From NCBI RefSeq assembly GCF_009914755.1, contig NC_060935.1: a stretch of 64,000 nt of DNA; one strand, given 5' to 3'. Both the position numbers and the translations under genes were made by a program. Each line of letters opens with the position of its first letter. Position 1 is the stretch's first letter. Below, in pieces: positions 16,167-33,964 of the stretch. The DNA is from the human T2T-CHM13v2.0 reference genome, Homo sapiens. The notes beneath the pieces were generated by a model, which was given only the letters and a program-made list of their open reading frames with translations, made no database searches and had not been told where the DNA came from.

Positions 16167-16492
16167 TTACTTCATTTTAAAAAATATTTTCTTCTCCAAG
16201 ACTTAAATGTTTTAAATAATTTTGCAATTTAATCAGTAGTTTAAATATATACATGGGTATATGTACTTGTGTATTTTATATCTATACATGTATACATTTG
16301 TGTATATGAATTAGAACACCTTGGTAAACAGTTATTTGTAGTTTATTTATCATAAAATGTTAGTGAAAATATATAGTTTTTCTTTATATAAACTATTTCT
16401 TGGTTTTTCTCCTTCTTCCAATATCTACATACATTTTGAGCTTTTCTTTCCCAGTTTGCCTTTGCCACTATTAAGTTAAAAAAGAAACAAAA

Positions 16493-16903
<411 letters not shown>

Positions 16904-17642
16904 TTAAAGTAATTTTATTCACTATGGGGGTCAGTAAAGTCTTGGTATTGCTTAATGAGATTGAACTAATCAGCTCTTAGCAAGTAAAGTCTCTCATCCC
17001 TGGCACGCCTCACTTGCCTCCAAATTTCTTCTTCCCTACAAGCATTTACTCTTTCATCAAATATTTATTGAGTGCCTATTTTATATACAGAGTTGTTTGG
17101 TATATGTAAATAATTCTATACCATAGTATATGAGCTTAAGAGATGTCCAATTCATTTGAGGGAAGCGGGCATTCACAGAAAAAGAGAAAATTGGAAAATA
17201 AAATACTGTAAAATTAGAGCTGCCATCTAACAACTGGCTTGATCCATAAACTTTGGGGTCTTCCTTTATACTGTCCTCTCCTTTACTTACCTCTATTCAC
17301 TCAATTGGTAAGTTTTGTCAACTCAACCGCCCATCCATTTCTCTTCATGCAAGTGTCCAATACCATGTCCTTCTGTTCTTCGAACTAAAAGTTTTGAGGA
17401 TGCTGTCTCTTTATTTATTTATTTTTTCTTTTTTTAAAATTATACTTTAACGTTTAGGGTACATGTGCATCATGTGCAGGTTTGTTACATAGGTATACAT
17501 GTGCCATGTTGGTTTGCTGCACCCATCAACTTGTCATTTACATTAGGCATTTCTCCTAATGCTATCCATCCCCCAGCTGGCAACACCCTGATAGTTTCCA
17601 GTGTGTGATGTTCCCCGCCCTGTGTCCAAGTGTTCTCATTGT

Positions 17643-20570
<2,928 letters not shown>

Positions 20571-20634
20571 TATGATGTTAGCTGGTTTTTTTGCCCATTA
20601 ATTGATGCAGTTTATTCATAGCATTGATGGTCTT

Positions 20635-21654
20635 TACCATTTGGCATGTTATTGCAGTGGCTAGTACTGGTTGTTCCTTTCCATTTATAGTGCTTCCTTC
20701 AGGAGGTCTTGTAAGGCAGACCTGGTGGTGACAAAATCTGTCAGCATTTGCTTGTCTGTAAAGGATTTTATTTCTCCTTCACTTATGAAGTTTAGTTTGG
20801 CTGGATATGAAATTCTGGGTTGAAATTCTTTTCTTTAAGATTGTTCAATATGGGCCCCACTCTCTTCTGGCTTGTAAGGTTTCTGCCAGGAGATCCACTG
20901 TTAGTCTGATGGGCTTCCTTTTGGGAGTAACCTGACCTTTCTGTCTGGCTGCCCTTAACATTTTTTCCTTCATTTCAACCTTGGTGAATCTGACAATTAT
21001 GTGTCTTGGGGTTGCTCTTCTCAAGGAGTATCTTTGTGGTGTTCTCTGCATTTCCTGAATTTGAATATTGGCCTGCCTTGCTAGGTTGAGGAAGTTCTGG
21101 ATAATATTCTGAAGTGCGTTTTCCAACTTGCTTCCATTCTCCCCATCACTTTCAGGTACACCAATCAAACGTAGATTTGGTCTTTTCACATAGTCCCATA
21201 TTTATTGGAGGCTTCGTTCATTTCTTTTTACTGTTTTTTCTCTAAACTTGTCTTCTTGCTGTATTTCATTAATTTAATCTTCAGTCACTGATACCCTGTC
21301 TTCCACTTGATCGAATCAACTATTGATTCTTTTGCATGTGTCATGAAGTTTTCGTACCATGATTTTCAGCTCCATCAGGCAATTTAAGGTCTTCTGTACA
21401 CTGTTTATTCTAGTTAGCCATTCATCTAACATTTTTTCAAGGTTTTTAGCTTCCTTGTGATGGGTGAAAACATGCTCCTTTAGCTTGGAGAAGTTTGTTA
21501 TTTTCAACGTTCTGAAGCCTATTTCTGTCAACTCGTCAAAGTCATTCTTTGTCCAGCTTTGTTCCGTTGCTGGCGAGGAGCTGTGATCCTTTGGAGGAGA
21601 AGAGGTACTTTGGTTTTTAGAATTTTCAGCTTTTCTGCTCTGATTTCTTCCCAT
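20635..21654 (-). pseudogene. L1 ORF1p remnant
   Basis: ORF fragments 21316-21654 and 20845-21189 match L1 ORF1p; broken by stops and frameshifts. Confidence 0.9.
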
Positions 21655-22924
21655 CTTTGTGGTTTTGTCTATCTTTGGTTATTGATATTAGTGTCCTACA
21701 GGTGGGGTTTTGGTGTAGATGTCCTTTTTGTTGATGTTGATGCTATTCCTTTCTGTTTGTTAAATTATTCTAACAGTCAGGTCCCTCAGCTGCAGGTCTG
21801 TTGGAGTTTGCTGGAGGTCCACTCCAGACCCTGTTTGCCTGGCTATCACCAGCAGAGGCTGCAGAACAGCAAATACTGCTGCCTGATTCTTCCTCTTGAA
21901 GCTTTGTCCCAGAGGGGCACCTGCCTGTATGAGGTGTCTGTCGGCCCCTACTTGGAGGTGTCTCCCAGTTAGGCTTCACGGGGGTCAGGGACCCACTTGA
22001 GGAGGCAGTCTGTCCATTCTCAGAGCTCAAACACCGTGCTGGGAGAACCACTGCTGTCTTCAGAGCTATCAGACAGGGACGTGTAAGTCTGCAGAAGTTT
22101 CTGCTGCCTTTTGTTCAGCTATGCCCTGCCCACAGAGGTGGAGTCTATAGATGCAGTAGTCCTTGCTGAGCTGTGGTGGGCTGTGCCCAGTTCAAGCTTC
22201 CTGGCTGCTTCGTTTACCTACTCAAGCCTCAGCAATGGCGGACACCCCTCCCCCTGCCAGGCTGCAGCCTCACAGGTTGATCTCAGACTGCTCTGCTAGC
22301 AGTGAGCAAGGCTCCATGGGTGTGGGACCCACCAAGCCAGGCACAGGAGAGAATCTCCTGGCCTGCCTCTTGCTAAGACCATAGGAAAAGTGCAATACTT
22401 GGGCAGAAGTGTCTCATTTTTCAGGTACAGTCTGTCATGGCTTCCCTTGGCTAAGAAAGGGAAATCCCCCAATGCCTTGTGCTTCCCAGGTAGGTGACAC
22501 CCCACCCTACTTTGGCTCACCTTCCACGGGTTGCACCTACTGTCCAACCAGTCCCAATGAAATGAATAGGTATCTCAGTTGGAAATGCAGAAATCACCTG
22601 TCTGCTGCGTCGATCACGCTGGGAGCTGCAGACTGGAGCTGTTCCTATTTGGCCATCATGCTGTCTCTTTCTTTTGTCCCTCACTGAAATTTGTACTATA
22701 TATACAGCATAGTAGGTGTTCAGGAAATATTTATTTTTAAAAAGAAAGTTGAGTCAAGATCATGGAAAAACTTGAATATGAGGCTAAGAAAATGCAGGAA
22801 ATATAGATTTTACACGTATAGTTTCTCAGAAACTGTGCACTCATTAACTTAATTAACTTTCTCAGTATCTTTGAAAGGAGAGTCAAAATTAAAAGTTCAT
22901 GTTTAAAAAGTTAAATTGGAATAA

Positions 22925-23227
<303 letters not shown>

Positions 23228-24509
23228 AATTTCTAAGCATTTTTAATCAAAAAAATAAAGTGACTTGCATAGATACACAATAATCTTCCAATTACAAAAT
23301 TGCTAAGTAACAAAGTAGGAATTTAAACTCTTGTCTGTACAACTTACTCTCCTATTAAATAATGCCTAAGATACTTCTATTATGAACAACTGGGGAGCTA
23401 GTAAAGATTTTTGAGCCAGAGAAAACATGGAAACAGCTGTATTTTAGAATTTTTTCATATGGTAAATCAGTGTCATGATTTTGAACAGAGATATTAAAAT
23501 CAGGGAGTTAAAAGACTAATGCAATGACCAAGTACATTGTATTAAATAGTGTCCAGGTTAGGATAGAACCAGTGGAAATTAAAGGAAGGAATAACTTCTG
23601 TCATAAATTATATTGCAGCTTGTGGTATATTTATGAGAAACTACTGTGTTTTTTTCCACTGTAGAGAAAGAAAATATTTTTTAAAGAGAGGAATCACCTT
23701 ATGGAAAACATAAGTCAAATACAAACTCAAAGGTATTTCAAAAAATTGATGGTGTTGTTATTCTAGTTTAGGAAATGTGCTACAATGGCAAGACAATTTC
23801 TGACGGTGTTGTAGCTCTTCTATCTCCTGGAGTAATCCATCAAATTAACTGCAGGCAAAAACCTTAAAGGTTTGGTGTTTCCTATTTCATCAGCTGAGAA
23901 CAAGCCTCACAGCAAACTATAAGGGAATGTAAGTTTGAGAATTGGGAGGAATGACTCTTTGGCAAGATTCTCCATAGGTATTCCTGAAGAACTAGTACAG
24001 TGTAGGACACAGCTATGAGGAAGTTGTTACAAGGCTTAAAAATCATGTTAAATAAAATGTTAACAAAACCTAATCTGATTCATTGTTTTACACATCTTAA
24101 TAATTATTTGTAAGTCAGCAATCATCTCTTGAGTTCCAGCAGCCTTTAAAGGCCAGAGTGGTAACTGGTAGGCTATAGATGGTCTCAATAAGAATGAAAA
24201 ACAAACAAACAAAAAACTAAGAATGAGTTGATACAATTTGACAACTGTAATAATACTTTAGGAACAAAAAATTCTGGAAAGAGGAGATATAGTTATCAAT
24301 ATCATCAAAATGCCAGAAAAAAAAGAATAAGTTTCTTACATAATGTTGCATGGCTAGAGTAGAGTGAATGCTTTAATTTACCATTTTTTCTGTCTAATAA
24401 TTGTTAAGAGGAAAGGATAAAATTGTATTTCTATTTTATATTACTGGAAATTTTTTGCTATAAAAGAAAAACTCTGTAAATATATATTTCAAAAAACATT
24501 GAAATGCAC

Positions 24510-24773
24510 TTGCCCAGACCTGAGTGCAGTAAAGTGATCATAGCTGACTGCATTCTCAAATTCCTGGACTCAAGTCATCCTCCTGCCTCAGCCTCCCAAG
24601 TAGTTAGAACTGCAGGTGCACACTACAATGCCCAGCTAATATTAAAAATTTTTTGTAGAGATGGGGGTCTCACCATTTTGCTCAGGCTTATCTCAAACCC
24701 CCGGCCTCAAACAATCCTCCTGCCTTGACCACCCAAAGTTCTGAGATTGTAAGCATTAGCCACCATGCCCAAC
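24510..24773 (-). mobile_element. AluJ lacking its tail
   Basis: GTGATCATAGCT..CTCAAATTCCTGGACTCAAG J-type sequence; flanks TGAA(A/G)TGCAC. Confidence 0.88.
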
Positions 24774-24825
24774 TGAAGTGCACATTTTAAATGCATGAAC
24801 TTCATGGTATGTAACTGATACTTTA

Positions 24826-27800
24826 TTTTTGTTTATTTGTTTGTTTGTTTTTCAACTTTTATTTTAAGATCTGGGGTACATGTGCAGGATATGAAGGTTT
24901 GTACATAGTTAAACATGTGCCATATTGGTTTTCTGCAGAGATCAAACCATCACCAGGTATTAAGCCCAGCATCCATTAGCTATTCTTCCTGATGCTTTCC
25001 CTTCTCCAGCCCCCCCAGTTATAGGTGCCAGTATGTGTTGTTCCTCATCATGTGTCCATATGTTCTCCTCATTGGCTCCTACTTATAAGTGAGAGCATGC
25101 ATTGTTTGGTTTTTCTGTTCCTGCTTTAGTTTGCTGAGGATAACGGCTCCTGTTTCGTCCATGTCCCTGCAAAGGACATGATCTTGTTCATTTTTATGGC
25201 TGCATAGTATTCCATGGTGTGTATGTACCAGATTTTCTTTAGCCAGTCTATTGTTGATGAATACTTGGATTGATTCCATGTCTTTGCTATTGTGAACAGC
25301 GCTTCAATGAACATACATGTGCATATATTTTTATAATAGAATGATTTATATTATTTTGGGTATATAACCAGTAATGGGACTGTTGGGTCAAATGGTATTT
25401 CTGCTTCTAGATCTTTGAGAAATCACTATACTGTCTTCCACAGTGGTTGAACTAATTTACATTCCCACCAACAGTGTAAAAGTGTTCCTTTTTCTTAGCA
25501 ACCTCACCAGCATCTTTTGTTTCTTGACTTTTTAATAATTGACATTCTGACTGGCAAGAGATTGTATCTCATTGTGGTTTTGATTTGCATTTCTCTAATC
25601 AGTGATGTTGAGCATTTTTTTATAAGTTTGTTGGCTGCATATGTGTCTTCCTTTGAAAAGTGTGTGTTCCTGTCCTTTGCCTACTTTTTAATAGGGTGGT
25701 TTGGTTTTTTTCTTGTAAATTTGTTTAAGTCCCTAGTTGACTCTGGGCGGTAGTCCTTTTTCAGATGGGTAGACTGCAAACATTTTATTTCATTCTATAG
25801 TTTGTCTATTCAGTCTGATGATAATTTATTTTGCTGTGCAGGAGCTCTTTTTTAGATACCTTTTGTCAATTTTTGCTTTTGCTGCAATTGCTTTTGGCAT
25901 TTTTGTCATGAAATCTTTGCCTGTGCCTATGTCCTGAAAGGTATTGCCTAGATTTTCTTCTAGGGTTTTTATATTTTTGGGTTTTTCATTTAAGTCTTTA
26001 ATCCATCTTGTGTTACTTTATGTATATAAGGTGTAAGGATGGGGTCCGGTTTTAATTTTCTTCATATGGCTAGCCAGTTCTCCCACCACCATTTAGTACT
26101 TTCCCCATTGTTTGTTTTTGTCAAGTTTGTCGAAGATCCGATGGTTGTAGGTGTGTGGTCTTATTTCTGAGTTCTCTATTCTGTTCCATTGGTCTATGTG
26201 TCTGTTTTTGTACCAGTACCATGCTGTTTTGGTTACTGTAGCCTTGTAGTATAGTTTGAAGTCAGGTAGTGTGATGCCTACAGCTTTGTTCTTTTTGCTT
26301 AGGATTGTCCTAGATATTTGGGCTCTCTTTTGGTTCCATATGAATTTTAAAGTAGTTTCTTCTAATTCTGTGAAGAATGTCAATAGTGATTTAATAGCAT
26401 TTAATCTATAAATTACTTTGGGCAGTGTGGCCATTTTCATGTTATTGATTCTTCCTATCCATGAGCATGGAATGTTTTTCCATTTGTTTATGTCCTCTAT
26501 GATTTCCTTGGGCAGTGGTTTGTAGTTCATCATGAAGAGATCCTTCACTTTCTTTGTTAACTGTATTTGTAGGTATGCTATTATTTTTGTAGCAATTGTA
26601 AATTGGAGTTCATTCATGATTTGGCTCTCTGCTTGCCTTTTGTTGGTGTATAGAAATGCTAGCAATTTTTTCACATTGATTTTGTATCCTGAGACTTTGC
26701 TAAGTTTGCTTATCAGCTAAGAAGCTTTGGGCTGAGATGATGGGGTTTTCTACATATAGGATCATGTCATCTGCAAACAAAGATAATTTGACTTCTTCTC
26801 TCCCTATTTCAATACATTTTATTTATTTCTCTTGCCTGATTGCCACCACCAGAATTTCCTATACTATATTGAATAGAAGTGGTGAGAGAGGGCATCCTTG
26901 TTTTGTGCCAGTTTTCAAGGGGAATGCTTCCAGCTTTTGCCCATTTGGTACGATATTGGCTATGTGTTTATTATAGATAGCTCTTATTATTTTGAGGTAT
27001 ATTTCTTCAGTACCTAGCTTACTGAGAGTTTTTATCATAAAGGGATGCTGAATTTTGTCAAAGGCCTTTTCTGCATCTATTAAATAATCATGTGGTTTTT
27101 GTCTTTAGTTCTGTTTACGTGATGAATTAAATTTATTGATTTGTGTATGTTGAACCAACTTTGCATCTCTCCTGGGATGAAGCCAACTTGATTGTGGTGG
27201 ATAAGTTTTTTGATGTGCTGCTGGATTCAGTTTGCCAGTGTTTTATTGAGGATTTTTGCATCGAAGTTGATCAGGGATATTGGCCTGAAGTTTTCTTTTT
27301 GTTGTTGTTGTTGTGTCCCTGCCAGGTTTTGGTATCAGGATGATGCTAGCCTCATAAAATGAGTTAGGGAGGAGTCCTTCCTTTTCAATGGTTTGAAATA
27401 GTTTCAGAAGAAATGGTACCAGCTCCTCTTTGTACCTCTGGTAGAATTCACCTGTAAATCCACCTGGTCCTGGGCTATTTATTACTGCCTCAATTTCAGA
27501 ACTTGTATTGGTCTATTCAGGGATTCAATTTCCTCCTGGTTCAGTCTTGGGAGAGTGTATGTGTCCAGGAATTTGTTCATTTCTTCTAGATTTTCTAGTG
27601 TATGTTCATGGAGGTGTTTACAGTATTCTCTCATAGTTGTTTATATCTCTCATAGAGGGTAAGTGGTGATATCCTCCTTATCATTTCTGATTGTGTCTAT
27701 TTGGTTCTTCTCTTTTTAGTTCTTTATTGGTCTAACTAGTGGTCTATTTTATTATTTTTTTCCAAAAACCAGCTCCTGGTTATGTTAATTTTTTGAAGGG

Positions 27801-30800
27801 TTTTTCGTGACTCTATCTACTTCAGTTCTGCCCTGATCTTGGTTTTGTTTCTTGTTTTCTGCTAGCTTTGAGGTTTTTTTGCCCTTGGTTCTCTGGTTAT
27901 TTTACTTGTGATGTTAGGTTGTTTATTTGAGATCTTTCTAGCTTTTTGATGTGGGCATTTAGCACTATAAATTTTTCTCTTACACTGCTTTAGCTACATC
28001 CCAGAGATTCTGGTACATTGTCTCTTTTTTTCTTGTTAGTTTCAAAGAATTTTTCGATTTCTGTCTTAATTTCATTATTTACCCAGTAGTCATTCAGGAG
28101 CATGTTGTTTAATTTCCATGTAGTTGTGTGGTTTTAAGTTAGTTTTTAAATTTTGAGTTCTAATCTGATTGCACTGTAGTCTGAGAGACTGTTTGTTATG
28201 ATTTCAGTTATTTTCCATTTGCTGAGGAGTGTTTTACTTCTGATTATGTGGTCAGTTTTAGAGTAGGTGTCTGAAGTTTAAGTTCTTTGTAGAATCTGGA
28301 TGTTAGACCTTTGTGGCAATGAGAAGAATGTACATTCTGTTTTTTGGGGGGTGGAGAGTTCTGTAGATATCTATCAGGTCTACTTGATCCAGAGCTGAGT
28401 TCAAGTCTTTAATATCTTTGTTAATTTTCTGTCTCAATGATCTAATATTGTCAGTGGGGTGTTAAAGCCTCGCAATATTATTGTGTGGGAGTCTAAGTCT
28501 CTTTGAAAGTCTCTAAGAACTTGCTTCACGAATCTGGGTGCTCCTGTATTAGGTGCATATGTATTTAGGATAGTTAGCTCTTCTTGTTGGATTGAACCCT
28601 TTACCATTATGTAATGCCCTCCTTTGTCTTTTTTTATTTTGTTGGTTTAAAGTCAGTTTTGTCAGAAGCTAAAATTGTGACCCCCTGCTTTCTTCTGTTT
28701 TCCATTTGCTTGGTAAATTTTCCTCCAACCCTTTGTTTTGAGCCTATATGTGTCTTTGCATGTGAGATGGGTCTCTTGAAGACAGCTATTCAATGGGGCT
28801 TGACTCCATCTAGCTCGCCACTCTGTGTCTTTTAATTGGGGCATTTAGCCCATTTACATTTAAGGTGAATATTGTTATGTGTGAATTTGATCCTGTCATC
28901 ATGATGGTAGCTGGTTATTTTGCAGACTTCTTTATGTGGTTGCTTCATAGTGTCACTGGTTTGTGGACTTTAGTGTGCTTTTGTAGTGGCTGGTAATGAT
29001 TTTTCATTTCAATATTTAGTGCTTCTTTCAGGAGCTCTTGCAAGGCAAGTCTTGTGGTGACAAATTCCCTCAGCATTTGCTTGTCTGAAAGCAATCATAT
29101 TTCTTATTTGCTTATGAAGCTTGGTTTGGGTGGATATGAAATTCCGGGTTGGAAATTCTTTTTTAGAAGAATGTTGAATATTGGCCTGCAATCTCTTCTG
29201 GCTTGTAGGGTTTCCACTGAGAGGTCTGCTGTTAGTCTTATGGGCTTCCCTTTATAGGTGATGTGGCCTTCCTCTCTGGCCAATCTTCATATTTTTCCTT
29301 TCATTTTAACCTTGGAGAATTTGATGATTATGTGTCTCGGGGTAATCTTCTGGTGGAATATCTTACTGGGGTTCTCTGGATTTCCTGAATTTGAATGTTG
29401 GCCTGTTTTTCTAGGTTTGGGAAGTTCTCCTGGCTGATATCCTAAAGTATGTTTTCCAACTTGATTCAGTTCTCCCCATCTTTTTCAGGTACCCCAGTCA
29501 GTGATAGGTTTAGTCTTTTTACATAATTTCATAGTTCTCAGACATTTTGCTGTTGCTTTTTATTCTTTTTTCTCTATTCTATATGTATGCCTGCTTCATT
29601 TCAGAAAGATAGTCTTCAAGCTCTTATTCTTTTTTCTGTTTGGTCTATTCAGCTATTAATACTTGTGATTGCATTGTGAAGTTCTTGTGCTATGTTTTTC
29701 AGCTCCATCAGGTCGGTTATGTTCCTCTCAAAACTGGCTATTCTGGTTATCAGCTCCTGTATTGTTTTATGATGATTCTCAGCTTCTTCGCATGCTCCAT
29801 TTTCTCAGCAAAGTTCATTATTACCCACCTTCTGAAGCCTACTTCTGTCAATTCAGCCATCTCAGCCTCAGCTCAGTTCTGTACCCTTGCTGTGGAGGTG
29901 TTGCAGTCACTTGGAGAAGAAGAGGCACTCTGGGTTTTTGAATTTTCAGCATCTTTGCATTGATTCTTTCTCATCTTTCTGGGCTTATGTACCTTTGATT
30001 TTTGAGGTCGCTGACCTTTGAATAGGATTTTTGTGGGGTCTTTTCTGTTGATGTTGTTTTTGTTGTCGCTTTCTGTTTGTTTGATTTTCTTTTAACTGTA
30101 GGGTCATTCTTCTGTAGTGCTGCTGGTTTGCTGGGGTCTATTCCAGACCTTAGATGCCTTAGTTCCTCCCATACCTGGAGATATCACCAGTGAAGGATGC
30201 AAAACAGCAAAGATGGCAGTCTGTTCCTTCCTCTGGGAGCTCTGTCCCAGGGAGCCACCAATCTGATGCTGACCGGAATGCTCTTGTAGGAGGTGTTTGG
30301 AGACCCCTTTTGGGAGGTGTCACCCAGTCAGGAGGAATGGGATCAGGGACCCACTTAAAGAAGCAGCCTGGCTGCCCACAGAAGCAGGTGCGCTGTGCTA
30401 ACTGCCTGGATTCTTCAGAGCCATCAGGCTGGAAAGACTAAGTCAACTGAACCACCAAGACAGTGGCTGCCCCTCTCCTCAGGAGCTCTGTATAACCCTG
30501 GCTGGAGTTGCTGAAATTCCTCACAGGGAGGCCCTACCTAGTGAGGAGGGATGGATCGGGGTCCCATTAAACAAAGGAGTTTGGCCACAACCAAGCACAG
30601 TAGCTGTGCTGCACTGAGGGGAACTGCTCCCAGTCCGTGGTGCAGGCAGGCTAGAGCCACCAACTGGAACAGTAGAGATGGTGGCTGCCCCTCTCCCTGG
30701 GAACTCTGTCCATTTCAGGCTCTCTGTAGCCTGCTGCCACTGGCCAGCTGCAATTCCAAGCCAGTGGGTCTTACCTTGTGAGGTGCCATGGGAGTGGGGC

Positions 30801-31322
30801 CTCAGAATAACATCACTTGGCTTTCTTGATTCAGCCCTCTTCCTAGGGGAATGCATAGATAGATATCCTGCCTTGCTGGACTTCCTGGGGCTGGTGTATG
30901 CAAAACTCCTGGGTCTTCCTGTATGCCTGAGTGAGCTAGTGAGTGTTTCTACCAAGACTTACACATTTCTGTGCTTTGGACCCAAGGCCATGATGGCATG
31001 GGCTCACAAGGGGATCTTCTGATATGTGGGTTGCAAAGATCCATAGGAAAATCGTGCTTTCCCGGGAAGGGTTGCACAATCACTCGTTGCCTTCCTTGGT
31101 TGAAGGTGGGGGCTCCCCTGACTCTGTGACACTCCCCAGTGAGCCAGTGCCCTACCCTGTTTTTCCTCACTCTCTCTGGGTAAAGCCATCTGCCTAGTCA
31201 GCCCCAATGTGAGAACCTGGGTACCTCAGTTGAAGGTGCAGGATTCACTTGCTGTTTTTATTGCTCTTTGCAAGAGTTGCAGATCGAAGCTGCTTCTAAG
31301 AGGCCATCTTGGCCACAACCTC
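24826..31322 (-). mobile_element. Full-length older L1PA (about L1PA10-13)
   Basis: 3' end TATTAAGCCCAGCATCCATTAGCTATTCTTCCTGATGC; ORF2 fragment 26093-26674; long 5'UTR ending GGCCATCTTGG (YY1 site). TSD TAACT(G/T)ATACTTTA (24812-24825 / 31323-31336). Confidence 0.96.
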
Positions 31323-31403
31323 TAACTTATACTTTAATGAAGCTATTAGCCAAAAAGATAACTGATTCAGATAAAAATTAAATAAATAACTACACATGAC
31401 AGC

Positions 31404-33707
31404 TGATATGGTTTGGCTGTGTCCCCACCCTAATCTCATCTTGAATTGTAACTCCCACAATTACCATGTATTGTGGAAGGAACCCAGTGAGAGGTGACTG
31501 AATTATGGGGCTGGAATTGTTATGCACTATTCTTGTGATAGTGAATGAGTCTCACAAGATCTGAGGGTTTAAAAGGGGAGTTTCCCTGCAAAAGCTCTTT
31601 CTCTTTGCCTGCTGCCATCCATGTAAGATGTGATTGCTCCTCCTTGCCTTCCACCATGACTGTGAGACCTCCCCAGCCACATGGAACTGTAAGTTCATTA
31701 AACCTCTCTTTCTTTTGTAAATTGCCCAGTCTTGGGTATGTCTTTATCAACAGTGTGAAAACAAGTACAGTAAACTAATACAGTAAATTGGTACTAGTAG
31801 AGTGGGGCATTGCTTAAGAGATACCTGAAAATGTGAAAGTGACTTTGGAACTGCGTAAGAGGCAGAGGTTGGAACAGTTTGGAGAACTCAGAAGACAGAA
31901 AAATGTAGCAAAGTTTGGAACTTCCTAAAGACTTGTTGAATGGCTTTGACAAAAATGCCAACAGTGATAGGAACATTAAGTTCCAGGCTGAAGTGGTCTC
32001 AGATGGAGATGAGGAAATTGTTGGGTACTGGAGCATATGTGACTCTTGTTATGTTTTAGCAAAGAGACTGGTGACATTTTGCCCCTGCCCTAGAGATTTG
32101 GGAAGATGAGTTAGGGTATCTAGCAGAAGAAATTTCTAAGCAGCAAAATATTCATAAGGTGACTTGGGTGTCCTGTTAAAGGCATTCAGTTTTACAATGG
32201 AAGCAGAGCATAAAAATTCAGAAAATTTGCAGCCTGACAATGTGATAGAAAAGAAAATCCTGTTTCCTGAGGAGAAATTCAAGCTGGCTATAGACATTTG
32301 CATAGGTAACGAAGAGGCAAATGTTATTCCCTAAGACAATGGGGAAAATGTCTTCAGGGCCTGTCAAAGATATTTGCAGCAGCCCCTCCCATCACAGGCC
32401 TAGGAGGAAAAAGTGGTTTCGTCGGCCAAGCCCGGAGTCCCCATGCTGTGTGCAGCCTAGGGACTTGGTGCCCTGTGTCACAGTCACTCCAGCCATGGCT
32501 TAAAGTGGCCAAGGTAGAGTTTGGGCCGTGACTTCAGAGGATGCAAGACTCAAGCCTTGGCAGCTTCCATGTGGTGTTGAGCCTGCGAGTGCACAGAAGT
32601 CAAGAATTAAGGTTTAGGAACCTCTGCCTAGATTTCAGAGGATGTATGCAAATGCCTGGATGTCCAGGTAGAAGCTTACTGCAGGGGTGGGGCTCTCATG
32701 GAGAACCTCTGCTGGGGTAGTATGGAAGGGAAATGTAGGGTTGGAACCCCCACACAGAGTCTCTACAGGGGCACTGCCTAGTGGAACATTAAGAAGAGAG
32801 CCACCATCCTCCAGACCCCAGAATGTTAGATCCACCCACAGCTTGCACTGTGTGCCTGGAAAAGCCACAGACACTCAACACCAGCCTGTGAAAGTAGCCG
32901 AGAGAGAGGCTGTACTCTGCAGAGCCACAGGGGCAGAGTTGCCCAAGACCGTGGGAAACTACCTCTTGCATCAGCATGATCTGATTGTGAGTCATGGTGT
33001 CAAAGGAGATCACTTTGGCTTTAAGACTTGACTGCCTTGCAGGATTTCAGACTTGCATGAGTCCTGTAGCCCCTTTGTTTTTGGCCCATTTCTCACATTT
33101 GGAATGGCCGTATTGACCCAGTGCTTGTACTCTTATTGTATCTAGGAAGTAACTAACTTGCTGTTGATTTATAGGCTCATGGGCTGGAAAGACTTGCCTT
33201 GTCTCACATGAGATGTTGGACTATGGACTTTTGAGTTAATTCTGAAATGAGTTAAGAATTTGGGATACTGTTAGGAAGGCATGATTGGTTTTGAAATGTA
33301 AAAAGGATGCTAGATTTGGGAGGGGCCAGGGACAGAATGATGTGGTTTGGCTGTGTCCCCATCCAAATCTCATCTTGAATTGTAATTCTCACAATTCCCA
33401 TGTATCATGGGAGGAACTCAGTGGGAAGTGATTGAATTATGGGGGCAGATCTTTCCTGCATTGTTGTCAGGATAGTGAATAAGTGTCATGAAATTTGATG
33501 ACTTTAAAACCAGTTTTCCTGCAGAAGCTGTCTCTTTTTGCCTGCTGCCATTTACATAAGATGTAACTTGCTCCTGCTTGCCTTCTGCCATGACTGTGAG
33601 GCCTCCCCAGCCACATGGAATTGTGAGTCCAGTTAAACCTCTTTTTCTTTGTAATTTACCCAGTCTCAGGCATATCTTTATCATAAGCTTGAAAACTGAC
33701 TGATATA
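31404..33707 (+). mobile_element. Full-length THE1 (LTR 31404-31782, internal 31783-33337, LTR 33338-33707)
   Basis: Two TGAT(A/G)TGGTTTGGCTGTGTCCCC LTRs; PPT GGGAGGGGCCAGGGACAGAA; 5-bp TSD ACAGC/ACAAC. Confidence 0.96.
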
Positions 33708-33759
33708 ACAACTGAAGCTAAGGAAAACAACTTCTAGTTTATGCAAAAACCTGATATTA

Positions 33760-33940
33760 CAATTAGAAATATTTATTTGAGAATTAATTTCCTGGGAAAT
33801 AAAAGAGATACATATTTATATCTAAGAGTCAAATGTGTATGGACTGAAATCTTCATTGCAGAATTACTCCTAAGAGTGAAAAATTAGAAACAACCTAAAT
33901 GTCCCAAACAGAAAAATTAAATAAGTATGTGGTTTACTCT
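33760..33940 (+). mobile_element. Old L1M ORF2 3' fragment
   Basis: AAAAATTAGAAACAACCTAAATGTCC motif. Confidence 0.55.
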
Positions 33941-33964
33941 GAATGACTTCCCGAGTTAGCTAAA

